NCBI RefSeq assembly: GCF_009914755.1
Contig: NC_060934.1
Direction: 5' to 3' (one strand)
DNA from: the human T2T-CHM13v2.0 reference genome, Homo sapiens
DNA: 64,000 nucleotides
A program made the position numbers and the translations under genes. The notes beneath the pieces are model-generated. The model did not search any database. It had not been told where the DNA came from and saw only the letters and a program-made list of their open reading frames with translations. Shown here in pieces: positions 55,820 through 64,000 of the stretch (position 1 is its first letter; every line of letters begins with the position of its first letter).

Positions 55820-56114
55820 GGCGAAAGCTGAGAGGCCTAGGTGTGCCCAGCTCTCAGTTAACTGAAGTCACGTGGTGGTGGACCCCGCCCCCAGGGCCCG
55901 GTTGGCTGTGGCCCCGCCCCCGAGCCCTGGGGTCGGTGCTTGCTGCCTGCGGCTCTCAGAAGCCTCTGCTCCACCGCGGCGAGAGGCATGGGCACGTGGC
56001 TGCCGAGGGTGGCCGAGCTCTGGGAAGAAAAGCCCGTGTGCCTCTGCATAGCGTCGCTACAGCGCTGACTCGGTGTGGATTGATTGGAAAGGTTTGAGGG
56101 AGTACTTGGGAAGC
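55820..56114 (+). promoter_or_regulatory. NET1: Internal CpG-rich promoter and 5' leader of NET1A
   Basis: Local CpG cluster within AT-rich intron; E-box GTCACGTG at 55867, two CCCCGCCCC GC boxes (~55883, ~55912), second CACGTG at 55993. Confidence 0.8.
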
Positions 56115-56207
56115 ATGGTGGCACATGATGAGACTGGAGGTCTCCTACCTATTAAAAGGACCATACGAGTCCTAGATGTCAATAACCAGTCCTTCAGAGA
56201 ACAAGAG
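56115..56207 (+). CDS. NET1: NET1A alternative first coding exon (MVAHDETGGLLPIKRTIRVLDVNNQSFREQE, 31 aa)
   Basis: Kozak AGCATGG; donor GAG|gtaaga; phase 0, joins exon 4. Matches the NET1A N-terminus as I recall it. Confidence 0.92.
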
Positions 56208-59200
56208 GTAAGACTTTAAGAGAAACGTTAGGCAAAAGGAATGTTTTCTAACTCCACGGAGCTTTTAAAATTTTTAACAAGGTATTAACAGTATAATTTT
56301 AAACTTTTGATCTTATTATTACAATGTATGTTCTTGATTTATGTGCAAGCTTGAAATGTGTTTAGGGACTGTGGTCTAAGTTTAAATAGTTTATACATAG
56401 CATAGCTTGAGTGTACACAGCTTTTATAAAAAAGGAAAAGATTTTAAATGTATATGTTACTCGGGTTACGTTTGTCACATTTCTGATGCTTAATATAATT
56501 GTTTTTTTAACTTGAATTGATATCATCCAGTCTTAGAAACTACCTTAATGGAGCAAGAGGAAAAGAATCCCGTTCTTGTAAATCAATGCTAGTGAACAAA
56601 TTGCAACTAAAGTTTAGTCTGACCTGGTGTGCATTTTTCTTCCATCTGATGAGTTCATTGTATGCCACTTTTTTCTTCAGAAGGAAAGAGGCATGTTAGA
56701 ATATTTAAACCAGTGACTCATTATTTTTACCCTCCTTGCTTTGTCTGAGTCTTTTTTTAGTCTTTATGAACATTTATCAATATAAATCAAATTACTTTAT
56801 GCCATTTTACGTAATCTTGATTTAACATTGTGTGATATTCTGTTTATACTATATACTTTAATATATACTACATTGTCACTTATATGCTAGGAATAGTGTT
56901 CCTGCATTCAGTTAACTGTGTATCTCTTGATTGTGGTAGTGGTTTCCGTCTCTATACACACGTCAAAACTTATCTAATTGTGCATTTTAAATATGTAAAG
57001 CTTACTGAATACCCCAGCAAAGTTGCTTGTCATGTGTACACATACACACACCTTTTGGTAGTTAAAATAGCTGCCGTCTTCAGGAAGTACACTTTTATTT
57101 GGTGTGGTTTGGCTTTGGTTTTTGTTCTTGGTTTTGGTCTTTGCCTATGTGTCGGTTTTCTCAAAATGTATAAGCATTTCCTTTGAGTAGAGCAGTCATC
57201 CACAGTCACTAGTGTGAATCCTGCAGCTTATCATCTGTTGGGCCCATAGAAGCTGGCCTTTGTTTAGTATCAGCATGGGCTGTGTTTCTGCCTTACCTTT
57301 ATTTCTAAGTTACAAGCACTAGGAATGTTGTCACGGTTTTAGATCTAGTGACACAGCTCTAAATAATTTGAGTATTTCTAGAAAAGGAATTCATCCCATG
57401 TGATCATAACTCGTTTTTATCTTTTTAAAAATAACTTTTATTTTCTTTTGATTTTAAAGTTTTGCTAAAGATTTTAAGAGACGATTATTTAACTATTATA
57501 ACCCAAAGGAATAGACCCAGGTGCATACTATTTTTTTTATTCAGTGTCTTGATATGATTGGTTATAGAAGAGACCCTCCTAAAATATGTTCTCTAACTGG
57601 CATCATTAGAAGAAAAAGCCTTTCTACAGAATGCTGACTTCTCAACAGGATTTTTCCATGTCGTTGCAGTTAGCTGTAAGGCATAACCTGAAAAATACTT
57701 TAACTTATTCTCAACAATTTTCTGTTTATAGATGTCGAGAAATTTTTAAGGCATAAAATCTAACTACAAGTGGATTACTAACATTAATTAATACCCTGAT
57801 CTGTGGACAGATTGCCTATAATAATGTATGTGACTGCCTGGCTAACCTAGTCTGATTAAAAATTAACCTAAATTGACAACATAAACTTATGTTAGAGAGT
57901 GTTGGACTTTTTTTCCCTCCAAGTGAACTTTAGCCCTGGTGAAAGGTTCCCTGCAGCAGAAAATTCATTGAGCATGTAAAGCTTGTTGGCATTTTTTGTT
58001 TATTCCCATGGATTTTTGGATTTTTTTTTTTTTTTTTTTGAGGAGAGTAAGGTTCCAGTATTCGTATCTGTTCTTTAAGCTTCTTGAATTTGCCATAACG
58101 TGTTTCCAGGACTCCAAAGTAAAAAATAAACAATCCTAGCAGTGGAACTATGGGTGCCTTCCATTTGGTGGTGGTGAGATAGAAAGCGCCTGTTCCACTC
58201 CCCCTTCATCACCTCCAAATGCTGTGTCTGGCCTATCTAAATATTGTATTAGGAATCTGTTTTGTGACTGCAAATATTTAGGTTCTTAATAGTCAAATCA
58301 AGATTATTAAGATAGTTCATGTGGACCTCTAAAGAAAACTACTTTTGGTTTCGGCTCACATGGGCCAATTTCTGACGTGTATTCCGAAAGACACAAATTT
58401 TTGTCCCAATCTTTTAGGTGGCCTGTGAATGCCTAAACCATGTCACTTTTCCACAGAAGTTTCATGTATGAGTCTGTTTTCAAATAGTATATGTATCCTG
58501 AAATTAGTAGCAGCATTATACCTTTACATTTCATAATCACACTTTTCGTTATTTTAGTCATTAAAATTGTTCATACTTTTAAAATATATATACTAAAAGT
58601 TTGTTTTGTATTTGCCAAACATTCTTCATGTATGTCCTTTGAGTGAGGCAGGAAAGTTATCCACCATCATCCCCAAAAGCATGTGAAAAAGTGCAAAGTG
58701 CCCTCCTCCTTTCTCTCCCTCTCCCAACCTGTATTTCCTGAGTAAGCATCATACTTCCCAAGACATCCTAGATTTGATAAACTCTGAAAAGCAGCATTTC
58801 CTTTGTGGAGAAGTGGGATTATAGTTGGATTTTTAAAGGACTGTGGAACATATTTAACCACCAAATACCACTTGGCATAATATGCTGCCACCCTAAAGAG
58901 ACCACATCAACAAAACCCGTGTTCGTTTCAGAAGTATGCTTTAGATATATCTACATTCACTTATCTAAATCTAAATTCTGTAGTTTTAAAATATCACATA
59001 ATTTTGAGTTACCAGGAAGTTAGTAGTTGTACAGTAACTGGTCCTATAAAGATAATAAATTTTTATCATTAATTTGATTTTATGTGATAAAATAGATATC
59101 AAAAATTTATTTCCTGCTAACAAAATTTTCCTTTCATATTCACTGGGAAAAGCACCTTTCCAAAGACCTTTTAAGTTGAAATTAAATATTATATTTTCTG

Positions 59201-60389
59201 GGAAGTCAAATTTGTTATGCATGAAACAAGGAAGAGGAGTTAACCTCTGTTCCCAAAAAGCGGAACAGAACTTTCTGACAACTGCTTTGTTCCAGTGAAA
59301 TGTCGGCATTTCTTACTCTGTGAGGTAATTCTATCTTCAGTCCAACAGGAGACTCTTTGTGCTGTCTTTACTAAATGGAAAGGAATGCCTGTGCTGGCCC
59401 CTGCACACGCGTGTGTCAGTCAGCACAGATGTACGTGGGGGAGGCATCCACACATGTCCTCAGAAGCACAGCGTGTGCCATCTTATTACATATCGCGAAG
59501 GTTTCTTTTGCAGTTAGTTTATATTCAAAGTTTTACTTTGGAGTTGATTATTTGGTATGAGGGGTTGATCTACAACTCTGCCTCTTAAAGCCTTCAGATT
59601 TCCAAATTCTTTCATTATCTACCAAGTTTCCTTAATAGTTCACATTCCTTTCTGATACATATGTATACATTTAGGAGCTTTAATGAGTCTAATTGTTTCT
59701 TTGGATATTCAAATTATTTACATTTCTTTCCAAATAATGTTAACTTTTCCTATCAGTTTATTCTTAAATAATTAATTAAAAAAAATTTTTTTTTACCCAA
59801 ACCAAAAATGGTCAATATAGTCTTCAGTTGTTTAAAGGCATTATTTTTACTCATTTTCTACACCCCTTCCTTTTTATATTACTTTAGTCATGTCAAAGAA
59901 TTTTTAGAAAAAGTTGCTTCTTCTGTTATTTTTAAATGATGTCTTATTTTTCAGTGATAATTTTAATATAATTTTAAATTATATATCCTCCTGGATTCTC
60001 ATCAAAATTATTTTGTCAAGTATGCCACAATTGTCAGAAGCACAAAATACAAATAGTTATGCTCCATAGACATAAAGAATAGACCTGCTAGTTTTATGAT
60101 CTGGCATTCTTCATTTCAGTAACTGTGTGAGTCACCTACTGGTATGCCTCCATTTTTCTAGCGATAAAATTAGAATAATGCAATTTTTGTAAAGTTTCAA
60201 AATCCTTGAATAAGTGATGTGTTTGCTATATTATTATTTAAAAGCAATAACATGTAGAATCATAACTATTTCTTCTCGATTTGTATATATCTTTCCTTTA
60301 AGTTAATAAATTACTGTTTGAGAGAGGATCTAATTTATCTATGAATCCCAGTGTTTATGTAGTAAATGGAAATATTCCTAAAATCTGTT

Positions 60390-60595
60390 AGTAATAGCTC
60401 AAACTGAGTATGTGCCAGGCACTGTTTCAAGCCATATTATTCATTTAATCTTCACAACAACTTCATAAGAGAAGTGCTACTTTTAGCCCCATTTTATAGA
60501 TGAGAAAACTGATGCCAAGGGTGTGCCCTAGCAAGTGGTAGAGCCGGGATTTGTGCCCAGTCAGATTTCAGAGCCTGGGTGCTCTTTTAACTCCT
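60390..60595 (-). mobile_element. MIR
   Basis: Core CCCCATTTTATAGATGAGAAAACTGA. Confidence 0.7.
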
Positions 60596-61176
60596 CCCTG
60601 CCTTGGCTTCAATATTTTTCAGCCCATTCCAGTGTCAGACATGTTGATTGAAAGGTTGTATTTTCTAACGGAAGTAGTTAAGAATGAAATGATACAATGT
60701 CTGAGATTTGCTTTAAAACATTTAAGTAGGGACAAAAATGAAACAAATTGTTATACCAGACACTGTGGAGGCCCCTCGATAGACACATGGGATCCATTAT
60801 GCCATTCTCCACTTTCATGTATGTTCGAAAATTTTCATAACAATAAGGCTTTTTTTTAAAAAAAAAAAAAAGTTATTCCCTGCATTAAACTGAAAAGTTC
60901 ATTAGATTTTAGGATGTAATTTCCTTGTTTGAATTTTAATTTTTTCCCCTATTGGAAATATTTGACTGGCCTTTCTTACACACTTATTTTTTGAAAAGTT
61001 ACTGCTACTCAATAGAGTTCTTATTGTTTTGACAATGAAGAACAACTCTTACTTTCATGTTTCTGTATTTTATAATGTACAAAAATTGTTTTGTGAGAGG
61101 GCTTTACTTTGTCCAAGTTTGTATGAAATCATTGCACCTAGACATATATTTAGTGTCATCTGGTTTGTTTTTATAG

Positions 61177-61284
61177 GAGCCAAGCAATAAAAGAGTTCGA
61201 CCTCTGGCTCGTGTCACGTCCTTGGCAAATTTAATCTCTCCTGTAAGAAATGGAGCTGTCAGACGTTTTGGTCAAACAATACAG
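61177..61284 (+). CDS. NET1: NET1 exon 4 (EPSNKRVRPLARVTSLANLISPVRNGAVRRFGQTIQ)
   Basis: ttttatag|GAG ... CAG|gtaaaa; 108 nt. Confidence 0.93.
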
Positions 61285-61704
61285 GTAAAAAGAGAGGAGG
61301 AAGAGTAATGTAGTCAGCGGACTTTATAGAAGCCTGGAATTTGTAGTTGTCTTTGAGCTGTACAAACAAGTTTGCATTATTATATTTAAACATAGTTTTC
61401 TTTTTGGAATATGCTAGTAAGGAATATTGTTCCAGAACAATGTGTAGCCTCATTATATTAATTTGCATCTTATATTAATTTGCATCTTATAATGCATAGT
61501 CTTGGCTAGTTTTTATTCCCAAAAATGTAATTTTAGCTGATAAATATTTAAGATTGGTAGGTGGAAACTTGGATAAATTATTGTTTTCTGCATTGAGAAA
61601 TTCTCAGAACTTTGTCTTTCTTCACTTTAAAAAAAAAGAAAATGGGAATAATTCTATTTCTTCCAAATCTTATTTTCTCTTTTGTTCACCTTTTCTTTTT
61701 TAAG

Positions 61705-61872
61705 TCATTTACCCTTCGTGGTGACCACAGATCCCCAGCCTCTGCCCAGAAGTTTTCTAGCAGGTCAACAGTCCCAACACCCGCCAAGAGAAGGAGCAGT
61801 GCACTGTGGTCAGAGATGCTGGACATCACCATGAAGGAGTCTCTCACCACCAGGGAGATCAGACGGCAGGAG
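61705..61872 (+). CDS. NET1: NET1 exon 5 (SFTLRGDHRS...AKRRSSALWSEMLD...EIRRQE)
   Basis: tttttaag|TCA ... GAG|gtatgc; 168 nt; lies within ORF 61612..62025. Confidence 0.94.
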
Positions 61873-62204
61873 GTATGCTGGCACTCAGTGTACATGTTTT
61901 CCCAAAAGAACAGCAAATTGATGCCGATGGCAAAATTAACTTGGATTTTTGTGTTTGAGCAACAATTCCTAATACATGGTGAACAAAACCTAATGATGGG
62001 TGGTGGTCAAATTAAACAACTCTAATAGGGTAAACTTACCAAACATACGGCAACCTTGTATTTGAGATTCCATTCTGAATTACAATTTTCAGACTGAGTT
62101 ACTTTTTAAAATGCCGTTCAAAACATCAAATAATGTAATTATCAGTTGTATATAATTTTCCTTTCTCGAAGGAATGACCTCTGATGTTTGCTGGATGTTT
62201 TTAG

Positions 62205-62267
62205 GCAATATATGAAATGTCCCGAGGTGAACAGGATTTAATTGAGGATCTCAAACTTGCAAGAAAG
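62205..62267 (+). CDS. NET1: NET1 exon 6 (AIYEMSRGEQDLIEDLKLARK; DH domain start)
   Basis: tttttag|GCA ... AAG|gtcagt; 63 nt. Confidence 0.93.
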
Positions 62268-62596
62268 GTCAGTAAATAACTTTTTATCAGATGCCCTAGT
62301 TTTTAAAAATTACATTTCACAAAATCTAAAGGATAGTTTTCTTAACCTTTAGAAGTAGAAGAATAGAAAATATCTACTGGTGAATACATTTTTTTTAGGT
62401 GAGGTCTAGACACATCCTCAAATACAAGTATTAGTAAGAGAGTTTATTTGGGGATTAATACATACTAATTTATTTTATGTGTAGCAAACAGAATCCACGC
62501 TAGCTTTTATGTAATTAATTCTCTTTGTTTCCAAGTATAGATCCCTCATGTTTTCCTCACATGATCTCTCTGTGACACATTTCTCCCCTCTGACAG

Positions 62597-62693
62597 GCCT
62601 ACCATGACCCCATGTTAAAGTTGTCCATCATGTCAGAAGAGGAACTCACACATATATTTGGTGATCTGGACTCTTACATACCTCTGCATGAAG
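62597..62693 (+). CDS. NET1: NET1 exon 7 (AYHDPMLKLSIMSEEELTHIFGDLDSYIPLHE)
   Basis: ctgacag|GCC ... GAA G|gttaga; 97 nt. Confidence 0.93.
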
Positions 62694-62830
62694 GTTAGAT
62701 GTGCCACTTAATTGTCATTAAATCTAAAGAGCAGCGGTGCATGTAATTTTCAGTCTAAACTTCTAATGTAGTGCTGACCTATTTTTTAAATAAACCTGTT
62801 AATGGTGTTTATGCTTTTTTATCACTTCAG

Positions 62831-62907
62831 ATTTGTTGACAAGAATAGGAGAAGCAACCAAGCCTGATGGAACAGTGGAGCAGATTGGTCACATTCTCGT
62901 GAGCTGG
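62831..62907 (+). CDS. NET1: NET1 exon 8 ((D)LLTRIGEATKPDGTVEQIGHILVSW)
   Basis: cacttcag|AT ... TGG|gtatgt; 77 nt, restores phase 0. Confidence 0.93.
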
Positions 62908-63611
62908 GTATGTAGTGAGTTGTTGACCCCAGATACAGTTTCTTACAGATGTGCCATGTTGCAGTTTCTGATGAATATGAGACAGATTTGATCCCACAAC
63001 TCTGTTCTACAAACACATAAGGCGTTAAAACTGAACAAATTTACAGTGACATAAGAAGTTACAGTCTGTTTAAAAAAAAAAAAAAACACCTTCATTAATG
63101 CTATAGGTTCATTTGTGTTACAAATACGTTCCTGCTTGGATAGAATTCCCACATCATGTGTGATTATCCGTTGCATTCTGTCATGTATGTTTAAGCGCAT
63201 GCCAAATGCGGGGCACTGTTTGAGGAGGAGTCGCTGGGAGTCAGTGATGAAAGGCAGTCTCTGCCTTTATAGCCTAGTGAAGGAATAGCCAAGCACATAA
63301 ACAGTCTCAGGGCTGGTGGCAAATGGAGGACACTCAAGTGTCCTGGGAGCACAGACTGCCAGTGTCTGAGGTTGGAGGGGAGTAGAAGTCATGAATCTTC
63401 ACTTGGATTTAGCCAAATTATGAAAATTTGAAGAGCATTTTGATGATTGCTAAAATGCTATTCAGCTTCCATTATTATCTGCCAGAAAATGTCCACAGCT
63501 TGTTAAAACTCTCAAGAATAGCTGTACATTTTGTGTTTCATGTTTGCAGGCTTGTTAATGCACTCGGTCATAACAGGAACACATCATACCTTTTCTTTTA
63601 TTACTCTTCAG

Positions 63612-63869
63612 TTACCGCGCTTGAATGCCTACAGAGGTTACTGTAGTAACCAGCTGGCAGCCAAAGCTCTTCTTGATCAAAAGAAACAGGATCCAAGAGT
63701 CCAAGACTTCCTCCAGCGATGTCTCGAGTCTCCCTTCAGTCGAAAACTAGATCTTTGGAGTTTCCTAGATATCCCTCGAAGTCGCCTAGTCAAATACCCT
63801 TTACTGTTAAAAGAAATTCTTAAACACACTCCAAAAGAGCACCCTGATGTTCAGCTTCTGGAGGATGCT
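63612..63869 (+). CDS. NET1: NET1 exon 9 (LPRLNAYRGYCSNQ...LDIPRSRLVKYPLLLKEILKHT...LLEDA; DH domain core)
   Basis: ctcttcag|TTA ... GCT|gtaagt; 258 nt; Dbl-homology motif P-x-x-R-L-x-K-Y-P-L-L-L. Gene continues beyond the window. Confidence 0.95.
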
Positions 63870-64000
63870 GTAAGTAGTCCCTTAAGTGATTGTTTTGTTT
63901 TTTAAGTTTATACATTAGGCTGCTTTAGAACGTTATCTTCTGAAGATGCTGATTCACATCAGCATAGTGAATTGTTTTGTTGTTTTAAGTACCCAGTGCG

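Noticed and set aside
61186-61191. AATAAA inside NET1 exon 4
   Set aside because: Explained by Asn-Lys codons; nothing in the sequence supports cleavage here.

Overview
Primate (very likely human) genomic DNA containing two head-to-head protein-coding genes, recognised from spliced translations. The minus strand carries the complete 4-exon TUBAL3 gene, a divergent alpha-tubulin. Its CDS is 14173-14175 + 10229-10472 + 4712-4860 + 2902-3846 = 1341 nt (446 aa), and intron 3 is GC-AG. The plus strand carries the 5' part of NET1 (ARHGEF8, a RhoA GEF): CpG-island exon 1 (ATG 22077), exons 2-3, the alternative first exon of NET1A (ATG 56115) and shared exons 4-9 (DH domain); the gene continues past the window. 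The remainder is mostly interspersed repeats: Alus, L1 fragments, ERV1/ERVL/MaLR LTRs, an ERVL internal fragment, hAT MITEs, MIR/L2 and microsatellites. Most ORFs in the supplied track are repeat-derived or antisense noise. I see no evidence for a wholly new gene system. The most unusual signal is a 33-bp tandem repeat that copies the NET1 exon-1 5' splice site, with an in-frame stop inside the first donor. Others are TUBAL3's altered K40 loop, missing acidic tail and in-frame internal acceptor, uORFs before both NET1 starts, and an LTR12 pointing toward TUBAL3. Repeat family names and boundaries come from recalled consensus similarity and need RepeatMasker/Dfam confirmation.
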